A stretch of 62,352 nt of DNA, the filler included. It is 10 parts of 10 records of this genome, joined end to end, with 100 filler letters (N's around TTAATTAATTAA, not from the genome) between each part and the next. Parts side by side here need not be neighbours in the genome. Positions count along the whole stretch, not along the records: positions 8,874 to 17,072 come from SRR7504441_4304; positions 17,173 to 20,787 come from SRR7504441_4309; positions 20,888 to 27,295 come from SRR7504441_4310; 7 more parts are not named here. One strand, given 5' to 3'. This document shows positions 12,163-23,479 of this stretch, one piece after another. The notes under the pieces were generated by a model, which was not told the DNA's origin, ran no database searches, and saw nothing but the letters and a program-made list of their open reading frames with translations. Every line of letters begins with the position of its first letter. Position 1 is the stretch's first letter. Both the position numbers and the translations under genes were made by a program.

Positions 12163-12746
12163 TTTGTCTCGAAGAGCCGTTGTTCTTGCAGCTGGCAGTT
12201 CGCGAGTTTCGGAGCCGGCATTCATCCGAGCCCGCGGCCGCGAGCCCGCGACCCTCCAGTGGGAATCACGAGTGGGAATCTTGATAGAATCTTGAGTTCA
12301 CTGACTCGAGTTTATACTCTGTACATACAAGTACCGGTACTCTGCTCTGTACACGCCACGGACGACACGGAGTCTCATACTCGTACGTACATGATTGTAT
12401 CATACACGGGCGATCGCGAGCTGATCGCGAGGCATGATGTTGTAGAGACAACGTACTCGCACATGTATACATAAAAACAGTAGATCTACATGAAGATTAA
12501 TTTTAAAAATTCCATGACGGATGGGGGCAATGCTTGGCAGGCGCCTAGCACGGCGCCTAGGTGCCGGCTTCCGTAATACAACCAACCACCCGTGCCTTGC
12601 GGGCCGTATCCAGCATTCATCATGGCGCAGCTGTCTTTGAGCGGCCTCCAGTGTCACGGAGACCGCTCACGACAGGCAGAGCTCTCCTTACTCTATCCTC
12701 ACTCAGCGGAATGACAGATCTCAGCGAGTGTTGCATCACTGGTCGA

Positions 12747-13034
12747 TCAGCGATTGTGGTTGAAGTACATCGAAGGAGGCAGGAGTGGGGGCAATATGCT
12801 GGACACTTTCTTGCCCTTTTTAGTCGTTCGCTTTTTCTTGCCATAGAGGGCAATAGCGGGATCCAGCTTGTTGCCGTTCCGTCGGATTGGCAGTTTGGCG
12901 GAGACCAGCTGCTCGTAGATCAGATCGATCAGTCCGAACCCGGCGCACTGGTTGAGCATCTGCACCGGTAGCTCCTCCTCGGCCGCCCGACCCCCCTGGT
13001 CATTGCCCCCCGCCGACCTCGAGACCCTGCTCAT
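12747..13034 (-). CDS. Small Lys-rich hypothetical protein (exon structure unresolved)
   Basis: ATG ORF divergent from TLK across a 159-nt spacer containing CCGTTG; no recognisable domain. Confidence 0.3.
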   Translation of the reverse strand: MSRVSRSAGGNDQGGRAAEEELPVQMLNQCAGFGLIDLIYEQLVSAKLPIRRNGNKLDPAIALYGKKKRTTKKGKKVSSILPPLLPPSMYFNHNR

Positions 13035-13193
13035 TGGTGCTGAGCTCTCACAGCAGCCTAGTATAATCCATCACGTGATTTGGGGTTGCCATTGATATTT
13101 TCAGCTCTGTCCGTTGTTGCTCGATTTAAGCACCTCGGGGTGACTCGCGCTCCCGCCCTCTCTCGGAGACGCAAACCGCGGAATCCAGCTGGG

Positions 13194-15888
13194 ATGTCGG
13201 TGGAGCCCGAGGACTCCAACAGCCGCTGGTCCTTCCAGGAGGTCACGCCGGCCAAGCTCGAGCGGCTCGAGGGCCGGATGACCGCGCCGGTGAACCCGCA
13301 CGACTGTCTGCGCGCTGAGCGCTGTGCGGCAGGACAAGTCGGGCAACAGGGGCCTGACCAGCCAGGGATTCGAGCAACTTCCTTCCTTCTCCCGTGAAAA
13401 CTCGCGCATGTCTGCCCCCGAGCTCGCCGAGCCGCAGGAGGGCGCGCGGAAGCACGACAGCCGCTGGTTCTCGGAGCCCGGAGAGACCCCCGGCCAGGGC
13501 TCGCCGAGCAAGCGGGCCAAGCACGGCGAGAGCGACCTGCTGTCGACCAACTCGAAGATGTCGGCCAACCCGAACAGCTCGTCGCCCAACAAGCTGGTAC
13601 GCGGCTCGGCTGGGGCCCCGGCTGAGGGCGGCCCACAGGGCCCGCTGGACAACTACTTTCAGCCTCGGACAGCAAAGGACAAGTCAGCCTCGGACAAGCC
13701 GTCGGGCCAGGACAAGCAGCTTAAGGCCGAACTAGCCGAGCTGAGGGACAAGCTGAAAGCCAGCACGGAGGAGGTCGAGCGCCAGAAGGTCGGCAGCTGC
13801 AGACCAGCCGCTGACCAGCTGACAGGAGCGTCTCGAGGCGATGGAGCAGGAGCAGAAGCAGGCGGACGAGGCGCACAACTCAATGATGCAGGAGATGCGG
13901 TCCGAGCTAGGGGCTGAGGTGCTGGGCGTGCTGTGGCCCGACTCCCACACGCTGCCAGGTGGCAAAGAGGGAGAAGCGAGATAAACTGTGTCGAGGAGTC
14001 CTCGAGGACGTGATGGTGCAGAACGCGCTGCAGCAGCGGACCGAGGTGCAGGCTGGGGTACTGGCTCGGTCTGTTTACGGCTTGGCCAGGCGCGTGAGAG
14101 GTGTCGGCGGGAGGGGGTTCGGCTCGGTCAAATCACAATGAGGCAGAACGGACCAAAGCTCGCCAGCGTATGGGAGAATGGGCAGGCGTTCCTCGAGTTG
14201 GCCAATAAGTGAGCCATGGGGCTGGCTATTGCCAACCAGGCCGGGTGTCAGGCTGAATGAAGTGCAAGACAGCCGGGATAGGGCAAAGGAGCACCTAGCT
14301 CGTCTGCGAAAGGCAGGCCAAGCCACTGGCCAGGCTGACCTGTTTACAGGAAAAGCAGAAGCGACTCCGGAATAGCTCTGATGCGGCACCCAACCCAGAG
14401 AGCACTGTTTTTGAGGAAATCACCAAGCTCAAGCTCAAGAGTCTGGACAAGGAGGAGGTGCCCGCACCCACTGTGTGGGTTAAAGTGATCTGCTCGTGCT
14501 TCCAGGCAGCGCTTGTCGAGCAAAAGGAACGACTAGAAGAGGAGAAGAAGCTGCACGTCCGTGAACTGACTCGAATCCGCGCCGAGGTATCGACAACCAT
14601 GAGGCTCAACTATAATAACACGGATTTCAGGACGAGTCACGCTTCAGCGATTATGATGTGCTCCCCAAAAGTCCAAAGGGGTCAAGCCGTTACCTGCTGA
14701 CCAACTTGCTTGGTCGGGGCGGCTTCTCTGAGGTTTATAGGGTAACCGGCACTAATGAGGACTCAGACTGATTGGGGTGTGATGATAGGCATACGATCTC
14801 AAAGATCTGAGAGAGGTTGTGATCAAGTTGCACCAGCTGCACTCACACTGGTCCGAGGACCGGAAGCTCTCATACCAGAAACACGGTGCGCCAACACCGC
14901 ACAGCCCTGGTGCTGACTGTTTGGCGACAGCAACGCGAGAGTATCACATCCATCGGTCGCTGGCACACGAAAACATTGTCAAGCTGCATGATGTGTTCAC
15001 CATCGACTCGAATTGCTTTGCCACTGTGATGGAATTCTGTGCGGGCAAGGACTTGGACCACTTGCTGCAGGTCAACCGGACCGTTTCAGAGAAAGAGGCC
15101 AAGCTGATCATCTTGCAAGTGCTTGAAGGCCTCCGGTGAGCCGGTGCTGGCGGCATCCATGTGATTCTGTGGTGCGCTGCAGATACCTGAACACGCAGAA
15201 GCAGCGAGTGATCCACTACGACCTGAAGCCAGCGAACATCCTCTTCTCTCAGGTGCAGTGCAGCGTGTGTGAGTCTCACCATTGACACAGGACGGAGTGG
15301 TCAAGATCACCGACTTTGGGCTGTCCAAGATCATGGACGATGACAACCCGCACGACATGGAACTCACTTCGCAGGTGAATGCATTTGGGGTCTGTTTTAG
15401 TGATAGATTGCCGACAGGGTGCTGGCACTTACTGGTACTTGCCACCTGAATGCTTTGAGAAGGGCAGCCTACCACCTAGGATTTCAACCAAGGTGACTGG
15501 GCTATCAGCGTGTGTCGGCTAAGCAAGTGCGGCATCTCAGGTGGATGTTTGGTCAACTGGAATCATATTCTACCAGATGTTGTTTGGTACGCGACCATTT
15601 GGCGAGGGGATTCCACAGGAGCAGGTGTCGGGCGCCCTTTTGGGCATCTATGTGACTGGGCGACAGATGTATCATGAGGGCACCATCACGAATGCTAAAC
15701 ACGTGGAGTTCCCAACTAACCCTAAGGTCGTCACCGCAGCATTAATGCAGTTCCAGCTGGTTGGACAGGTGACCAATGAATGCAAGGAAGTGATTCGGAA
15801 ATGCTTAGCTCACAGCCAGGATACGAGGCCCGACATTACTGTTCTTCTCCAGGACCCCTACTTTAAACCCGCAGCAAAGCGGACATAA
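13194..15888 (+). CDS. TLK: Tousled-like Ser/Thr kinase (17 exons)
   Basis: Spliced product has N-terminal [11 protein letters not shown], a coiled coil, and [68 protein letters not shown]; 16 short introns. Confidence 0.93.
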
Positions 15889-16128
15889 CCGACTGCGCCA
15901 CGCATCAGCCAGATATCCACTAATTCAATGATTTTGCTGATCAACAATTTAGTCTAAGGTACAACAGTAATACAACGGTTAGACGTCCACTAAGCGCCAC
16001 GGGTACGGTACATGTACTTGAGCAATTGATGAATTGATTATTTAGAGATCACGGAAGGTCTCCATAGGAGATTTCTGCACGGAAGATCTGACCGCTAGCC
16101 GTTGTTCATGGTTGGCACAAAATTTATA

Positions 16129-16974
16129 TCATAAATCTTGTTCAAGCGCATCTAGATCGAGTTCCCATAGGCCCGTCATCGACAAGTCGCTAGCAATAGG
16201 AGATGCCAATAGTGTGCGAGTCGAGGCTGTCCTTCTCAAGAGGCAGCTTGGACTCGAGCTCAGCCGGTGCGCACAATCCTGATCGCAATCTGCACCCTCA
16301 CCTTCCTCTGTATCAAATGGATCCAAGTACGGAGTGGCACTAGTACTCGCCAAGTACGGTGAATCGACCGACACTCGGCAGCTGGCCTCACCCAGGCTCT
16401 TGCGCGGCGACAGCGACATGGCCAGCTCCTTCACCACCCTGTCAGCCGTACACGGCGGCTGTTGTGCGTGCAGGGCCTGCAGCAGCGCTTTCCTGTCCGT
16501 GAGCTGGACCTGGAGCGACCAGCTGCTCGAGCTCACCGTTAGCGTCCGGCCGTCCGGAGCCAGCAGCTCCAGCTCGATCGGCCTTGAGTGGTCCGGGGCC
16601 TGGAGCGCCTCGGTCACCCGCTCAAACGCCTTGTTCCGACAGCTGCGTCGGTCGAGGGCGGTCACCACCATCAGCGGGCTCACCTCCCCGTCCAGCTTAC
16701 TGTCCCACACCTCGGTCACTACCGCGTTGTACGGCCGCTCGGTCAGGATTCGGCAGAGCGCGTCCCGGTCGTACAAGGCGAGCGCCTGGTCGACCAGCGA
16801 GCTACGCAGCAGCGGCGAGCCCGGAGGGGTGAGCGCGAAGCGGCTGTGAGCTCCGGCGGCCGGGTGGCGCGGCGATCGGCGGGGGCGGTCCACCGGCGCG
16901 AGCAGGCAGCAGCTGGTTCTCTGGCACAGGGGCCCGCGCAAGTCGGCCGGCGTGCCAGCACACGCGTTGCCCAT
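16129..16974 (-). CDS. Hypothetical protein with putative N-myristoylation/palmitoylation (MGNAC)
   Basis: 281-aa ATG ORF ending in an AT-rich spacer. Confidence 0.55.
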   Translation of the reverse strand: MGNACAGTPADLRGPLCQRTSCCLLAPVDRPRRSPRHPAAGAHSRFALTPPGSPLLRSSLVDQALALYDRDALCRILTERPYNAVVTEVWDSKLDGEVSPLMVVTALDRRSCRNKAFERVTEALQAPDHSRPIELELLAPDGRTLTVSSSSWSLQVQLTDRKALLQALHAQQPPCTADRVVKELAMSLSPRKSLGEASCRVSVDSPYLASTSATPYLDPFDTEEGEGADCDQDCAHRLSSSPSCLLRRTASTRTLLASPIASDLSMTGLWELDLDALEQDL

Positions 16975-17072
16975 AGCCGGGCACTTTCAAATCATCTCGA
17001 GGCCCAGCAAATGGGGGTTTCCCCCTACACGGTGTGTTCAACTGTGATCTGGGAGTCAGACATGAGGTGATG

Positions 17073-17172
17073 NNNNNNNNNNNNNNNNNNNNNNNNNNNN
17101 NNNNNNNNNNNNNNNNTTAATTAATTAANNNNNNNNNNNNNNNNNNNNNNNNNNNNNNNNNNNNNNNNNNNN
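17073..17172. other. Artificial contig linker
   Basis: N-run/TTAATTAATTAA/N-run. Confidence 0.97.
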
Positions 17173-18943
17173 TGCTCTGGCTGCTGGCCGGGTGTGGGGA
17201 GTCGGCCGGCAAGCGGTTCGGGTTCGAGATCGACCGGGAGGTGGTCTGGGCGAGCGAGGCCGAGCACCGGGCCGCCTTCCCGCAGAGCAGCTTCATGAGT
17301 CTCCACGGCCGGCGGTATGCCTGCGCCCAGCACGGCGCCCAACAGCCGCCGGCCCCCGCGGTGTCCAACCAGACGATCGAGGAGCTGCTGGCCCCGCTCA
17401 AGCCCGTCCCCATCCCAGCTGGGGCCGCGGCCAGCAGCCCGAGCCAGACTAAGTGTTTGCTCCAAGACCAAGGCTGGTGGAAATTCGAGCTCTGCTACGA
17501 TCAGTCCCCCCGACCCCCGGGCCTCGCCCCAACCGGGGGCAGGTTCCTCAGGCAGTTCCACGCCAGCCCGACCGACACCGGCGCCGCCAAGATCGAGCAG
17601 GTGCTCTTCGACCGGCCGGCGGCTGACCGGGGCCAGATGCACTACCTGGGCAAGTTTGACCCGAACGGCTCGGCCAAGCAGCCGTCGGACCAGCCGATGC
17701 TGCTTGGGGGGACCACCCGCTCCTACTTATTACAGAACATGCCCAACGGCAGTGTGTGTGACCTTACTGGCCAGCAGCGCCAGGTGCGTGGTCGGCGGTT
17801 TCGCACCCACCCGGCGCAGGCCTCTGTTTACTTCGTCTGTTCGCCCAAGCTGGCTCCCGACAAGAGCACGCTCAAGGTGGAGGAGCGGGCGTCCTGCGTG
17901 TACGATGCCGTGGTGCCCCGCCCCGCCGGCTGCCCTGACTGGCCCTTAGGTCGAGACTTCCCTCGTCTGTCCGCACCCGCACTTTGCATCGGACCGGGCC
18001 GCGGCGGTCGTCGAATGGGAGGCCACCCACCCTGGCCAGCTCCGCTGCTCGCTGATGGCCGCCGGCCCCCCGCCAGCGGTGCACGCAAGCTGGGAGCTGC
18101 AGGGGGCTAGCCAGGCCACCCGGCTCAAGGCACGCTCGCTCGCACCAGCCCTGATCCGGGCGCAGGTGGCCGACTGCCACCCCGAGGGCGCCTGCGGGCT
18201 CTCGCTGATCAAGCTGGACGAGGCTGGTGGCTCGGCTGGCCGGGTTGGCTTGAGCGGCCGAGCAGGCCGGCTGTCGGGGCTTGAACCTGGACTAGGGTTT
18301 GTGGCTGCAGGAGGGGCTGGGCTGTTTGCCGGCTGGGGCTCGGACGACTTGTTCGGGCTCTCCCTGTTCCGGTGCCCGGCTGGTGCTGCGCGAGCTGACA
18401 GGCGGCAGCCAATTGCCCGACGGCAGGATACAAGGCAACTACTCGTTCGCAGGCGCAGGCGGCCGGACAGGGCGGGAGGTGCAGCCGACGGCTGGCGAGA
18501 GGCGAGCGGCGGGGCAGGAGGGGCTGCGTGTGTCAGAGGAGCGGTCGGGCGGCTGGGCCGGACTGTACCACTTGCGAGGCTCGCAGCCGGCGGACCCGTC
18601 GCACCCGAGGGCGGCAGACTGGCACTACGAGGGGCTGCTCACAGTGGAACCGGCCGGGCCGGAGGGCGTGCTGGCCAGCTGGGTGGCTGGGAGCACCGCC
18701 TATCGGGGGATGGGGATCCGGACCGAGCAGGGCGAGCTGCTGGTGGGCTGGGCCGGGGATGCGGCCAGACTGCAGCTGGCCGAGCTATGGTGCGTGCCGG
18801 GCAGTGTGTGTGCCCTGTTTCTAAAGGCGGGACAGGCCGGCAGGGGAGGGCGAGCTGCGCGGACGGATGGCCGAGTACAACAGCTCGCAGCCAAAATGGA
18901 ACGGTGCGAGCCAGAAAGTTGTGTGGCGCCGATTGCTGGATGA
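17173..18943 (+). CDS. OS9: OS-9/ERLEC1-type MRH-domain ER lectin with extra C-terminal beta-rich region, 5' partial, ~10 introns
   Basis: MRH motifs C....GWWKFELCY..FLRQFH, YLGKF, NGSVCDLTGQQR, VYFVC, E..SCVY...V.T..VC after removing 36-42-nt introns. Confidence 0.75.
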
Positions 18944-19191
18944 CCAAGCATAATCCATGATGAGAGTCACTACCAGTACTGTAGCGCTTCATTTAGTTTC
19001 TGCAGAACTTCCAAGGACACCATGTGCAGACCAAACCCGCTTAGCGGTGATACAATTATAGCGGTAGATAGCATGCTTGAAAAGTAAAGCGCTACAAGTT
19101 CTATCATTGTAATTGTCAACTGCCTATTCATGATTCTGTGTACGATTGAGCTTATCCCTAAAGGTTGCCCTTAATTAATTATCCACGTGCC

Positions 19192-20229
19192 CTAATGCGA
19201 CTGGCCATGGTGCAATGCCGTTTCTACTAAGTTCGGCAGGTAATTTGCCAGCGACGGCAATTGACCGCCGGCCGGCTCGGGGCTCGCTGCCAGCTGCGGT
19301 GCCTGCACCGGCTCCTCGGGCTGTAGCGACTGCTGGATGGCGCCCAGCCCTCCTTTCACAGGTGGCACAAGCGGCTCCGTGGCCAACGCTGGCACCGGCT
19401 GCGGTATCATCACGCTCGAGTCCACCACCGGCGCCAGCATCTGCTGCTGCGGTATGGTCACCTGCATGCCGGCTGCGATCAGCTGTGCGTTCTTTGGCAT
19501 CATTGAGTTCGCCATCATGCTCTTCGATGGGCAAAGCCGGACATGCCGCGACAGACCCGAAAGCCCCGTCGGGAACGACTCGGCTGCCCGGCCGCAGTAT
19601 GGGCACTGGGTGGCGTCGGCCGGCAGGATGGCGGCAGATCGGGCAGTTTTAGAGCGTGGGACGCGAACCTCGACCCAGGCGCGCAGGTTGACTCCATCAA
19701 CCACAGCGCTCACTATGAGCAGCCCGCCCGGTATGCTGTCCTCCGTGTACTCCCGCACCTCGAACGGACCCGTCGGCCCGCTCCGCCTAAAGTGGGCGCG
19801 GACCGCCTCGCTGGCCTCCTCCAGCGTGTGGTACGGGCCGGTTACATTGCTCTGGACGTCGTAGGCCCCGTTCCCACGCGGATTGCGATAGTCCACGTCC
19901 TCGCTCTTGACCAGGTACTCTTGGGTCTGTCCGCTGTTCGCCTTGCGCTTGCGGGCCGAGGAGGTGGCGCGCTCGACCCAGGCTCGCATGATGAGCCCCT
20001 CGGGCGTGAGCGCGTCAATGTCGATCATCCCGTCTGTGAACTCCTCGGCGTACACCTGTCCTAGATTGACCGTCTCGACGTACTCGCTGAACTCGTCCAC
20101 CCATCCCCCAAAGTGGTCTCGGGCCACGTTGTTGGCGATCTTCTTGGTCACGAAGCAGCCGAGCACCCCAGTCCGCACCGCGCCCCCGTTCCCGTAGTCC
20201 ACGTCGTGGTAGCGCACTGTGTACGGCAT
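19192..20229 (-). CDS. Hypothetical nuclear protein: tandem duplicated ~85-aa domain plus C2HC zinc finger
   Basis: Two repeats ending in RAWVE, an RKRK NLS-like linker, and CPYCGR...LSRHVRLC; intronless. Confidence 0.75.
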   Translation of the reverse strand: MPYTVRYHDVDYGNGGAVRTGVLGCFVTKKIANNVARDHFGGWVDEFSEYVETVNLGQVYAEEFTDGMIDIDALTPEGLIMRAWVERATSSARKRKANSGQTQEYLVKSEDVDYRNPRGNGAYDVQSNVTGPYHTLEEASEAVRAHFRRSGPTGPFEVREYTEDSIPGGLLIVSAVVDGVNLRAWVEVRVPRSKTARSAAILPADATQCPYCGRAAESFPTGLSGLSRHVRLCPSKSMMANSMMPKNAQLIAAGMQVTIPQQQMLAPVVDSSVMIPQPVPALATEPLVPPVKGGLGAIQQSLQPEEPVQAPQLAASPEPAGGQLPSLANYLPNLVETALHHGQSH

Positions 20230-20787
20230 ACCCAATCGGCCCGTCCTCGCCCTCGGGCTCACCCCCCTGCGCGCATAAACCCAGATCCCGGGCTGCACTC
20301 GGGTCCCAACCTGCCTGTCCCGCTCAGCTGCCGCAGCTGGTGCCCGTCTTCTGTGGTCGTTCAACGACTTCATGCGACTGCTTCATGCATAGTCTATCCA
20401 TGATGCGGCAGACACTCAGGCTGCAGTGCAGCTCGTGCATAGCTCGTGCATAGCTCGTGCAGCTCCGAGAGTCCGAGTCAAAAAACGTCTATGCTTTTAG
20501 CTGTTTGGGGATATCACGGCCTTGTCTTGTCTCATGCTCCCAAGAAACCATCAATTAATCATCAATGAGCACTAAGGTCATGACTATTATAATAGGGTAA
20601 ATATTCGTGGTTGGGTTATTGGGTCGTTCCCATTGTCTAGCCCTTATCGTGGATACGGTAGTAAGTACCAAGGTAAGTACGGTGACCGTGGGTTGCCCCC
20701 GTGCCCCTAGGTTACCCAGAGTACTTAGGCGGAGGCTTCGGGGAAGCAGAGTCGACTCTCAGGCGACACCTACGGCTCAGGCGACAT

Positions 20788-20887
20788 NNNNNNNNNNNNN
20801 NNNNNNNNNNNNNNNNNNNNNNNNNNNNNNNTTAATTAATTAANNNNNNNNNNNNNNNNNNNNNNNNNNNNNNNNNNNNNNNNNNNN
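20788..20887. other. Artificial contig linker
   Basis: N-run/TTAATTAATTAA/N-run. Confidence 0.97.
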
Positions 20888-21741
20888 GGCGCCTGACGGG
20901 TTGATGAACGTGCACTCTGGGCAGCTCCACTCGTGCTGCTCAATCCCGAGGGCATTCGCGAGCTGCTGATGGCCTTTCAGGCTCACCAGCCGCAGGCAGA
21001 GCTCGGGCGAGTGGAGCAGTACCTTCAGGCTGGGCGAGCTCAGCGCGGCGTCGATCACAGCCCGCTTCACCACAACTTGGTCGTATCGCTCGGATCCGGC
21101 CGGACACTCGGGGTTGATTCTGTCGATCTCAAATTGTTCAAACGCGCACCGAGCCGGCCGCGAGTGCGCCCCAGCGTCCATATGCCCGCAGATATGGTAG
21201 GGCCGGCCGCGTTGCTCACCCTCCTGCTTGTGATACCGGCGGGCGGTTGGCATCCGGCAGTGGCACTTCCATAACACGTCCCCCGTGAGTGACTGGACAA
21301 AGAACGGCAGCTCGGCCTCCAGCCTGCCCGAGGGCTTACTCCAGCAGGCCAGGGGCGCTGACCTGAGCAGGTCCGGGTGGTAGACCAGCAGGTGGTGCGG
21401 CATGCCGGCCTCAAAGAAGTTGCCATGCACGATCTGCTCGTATGCCATCCCCTTCCGGTACTGCAGCCACCAGGAGGCGCTGCCCGACGTGAGCCGACCT
21501 CACCCGGCCGCAGCCCACACCCGGTGAGACTCATCCAGGGCCAGCGCTCGAGCGTGCGCGGCCGCCAAAGGTCGTCCAGCGCGCACAGCCGCTCCAGCGC
21601 CCGGCAGACCAGCCGCTGCCCCGCGGGGTGGGGCGCGGCCGAGGCGGGGTGCACCTGGCGGAGGAGCAGGCCCAGGTCGAGCGCCGCGCAGCAACGGACC
21701 ACCGCGTCCAGCGACAGCTCCAGCAGCGGCGAGGGAGGCAT
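20888..21741 (-). CDS. F-box-like protein with RanBP2/NZF zinc finger, 3' partial
   Basis: N-terminal LLELSLDAVVRCC..LD...LVCR......DDLWR is F-box-like; WSCPECTFINP at the gap; one 38-nt intron joins the two ORFs. Confidence 0.65.
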
Positions 21742-21839
21742 GGAGGTCTATCGCCGGTCTCTCATCATTGAGAGCTGACCGCCCAGCTGCAGGTTTCGCG
21801 GTTGGCGAAGCGGGCCTCGTCGCCGGCCCGCCGCAGAGG

Positions 21840-23250
21840 ATGGGCAACAAAGTGCCGCGGGGGGCGGGCCGGGGTCCGAATGGCGGCGGCAGGTGTGCTC
21901 GCAGCTGGACAGCGACTTGTCCCGGGTGCAGACCAAGCTCAACACGGCCGCCACCGGCGAGCCCAAATACTTCTCAGCCAGCATCTCGACCGAGGCCAAG
22001 AGCGCTCCCAACGGTGCCAGCCGGCCCGGGGGCGGGCCGACCGGGGGGCAGACCTGCTCGGCGGGCGGAGCAAGGTGTCGGTCTCTGTGAACGAGCTGGA
22101 CAACGTGGCGCATCTGAAGGCCCAGCTGCAGGCTCAGGGGGTGGTCGGCAGCGAGTGGTCGGTGACCGCGGTGCACTCGATGGACCGGACGCTCTACGGG
22201 CACAGCAGCCTGGCCGACCAGGGGGTGGGCCCCGAGAACCCGACCCTCCGGATCGAGGGAGTCCGACGGCTGCAGTGCGCCCAGCTCCTGCGCGGACACA
22301 CCAACGAGGTTTTCCACCTTGCCCATCAGACCGACGACAAAATGATGAGCGCCTCGGCCGACGGGACTGTGCGGTACTGGAGCACCAACGGGGTTTCGAA
22401 GCAAGTGATACGCGGGTTACTCAACGGGGTCGACCGCATCACGCTGCTCAAGCCAGACGGGCGAATGCTTGCCACTGGATGCCTCGACGACAAGACAGTC
22501 CGGGTTTGGGACGCCAAGCGCTCATGGAAGTGCGCGCACCAACTCAAGGGCCACAGCGCCACCATATGCGCCCTGATTGGGCTCCGTGGCGGCCTGGTGG
22601 CGTCTGGATCGAGAGACCGGACTGTCCGTGTATGGAGTACTGAGACGGGCGCTCTGGCACACTCGCTCGAGGGGCACACGGACGCGGTGCTTTGCATGGC
22701 TCAGCTGGCCAGCGGGGCGCTGGCCACCGGGTCTCAGGACTGCACAGTCCGGCTTTGGGACCTTGAGAGTGAGGGATGTATCCAAGTTCTGGAGGGCCAC
22801 TCTGAGGCGGTGAGCTGCTTGCTGCAAGTCAAGTGCCAGGACGACATGACGCACATCGCCTCGGGCTCAGCGGACCATCAGATCCGGGTGTGGACCGACG
22901 TGGACGGGCAGGGGGCTGTGATTGAGGGAGGGTACAGCTGCATCCATCGGCTGCAGGGCCACTGTGGGGAGGTCACGTGCATGGCTCAGCTAGTCGACAA
23001 AAGGCTGGTGAGCGGCTCGTTGGACTACACGCTGTGCGTATGGGGGGTGGACGGCGAGCGGCTGCAGGTGCTCGAGGGGCACTCGGGCGCAATCACGAGC
23101 CTGACAGCGCTGCCAGGGGGACGGCTTGCTTCTGGATCGAGTGATTACACGATCAGGATTTGGGAGCTGGACGAGGGGCAGGCCTCAAAAAAGCTGCTCG
23201 TGAACAGCACCTGGTTTACCCAGAACCCTGATGAGGAGGAGATCATCTGA
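21840..23250 (+). CDS. WD40-repeat protein with N-terminal acylation motif and ubiquitin-like segment (2 introns)
   Basis: Spliced start MGNK|VCSQ; seven GH...SGS.D..VRVW repeats. Confidence 0.85.
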
Positions 23251-23479
23251 TTTAAATGAGACTGTCATGTACATGTACTCGTACTCTGCCCCACGCATAC
23301 CCCACGGCACGCAATCGAAATAAAGCTAGCATTCATGGTTGTCATAGATGAAACGGCCAATAGTAGGCCAATAGAATGAGATCCCGTGTGTATTGATTTC
23401 AGTCGTTTCATTGAAATCATCTATCATGGTACATCTAGCTGTCTAATCATAGAGCTACATGATTGTAGCTATTGAGAGT

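Noticed and set aside
13194-15888. Stop-codon reassignment or frameshifting to explain interrupted conserved genes
   Set aside because: The interruptions are resolved by short GT-AG/GC-AG introns, and TAA, TAG and TGA all serve as normal stops
20428-20463. Short tandem repeat (AGCTCGTGCAT, about 3 copies)
   Set aside because: A simple minisatellite with no spacers; not CRISPR-like and no evident function
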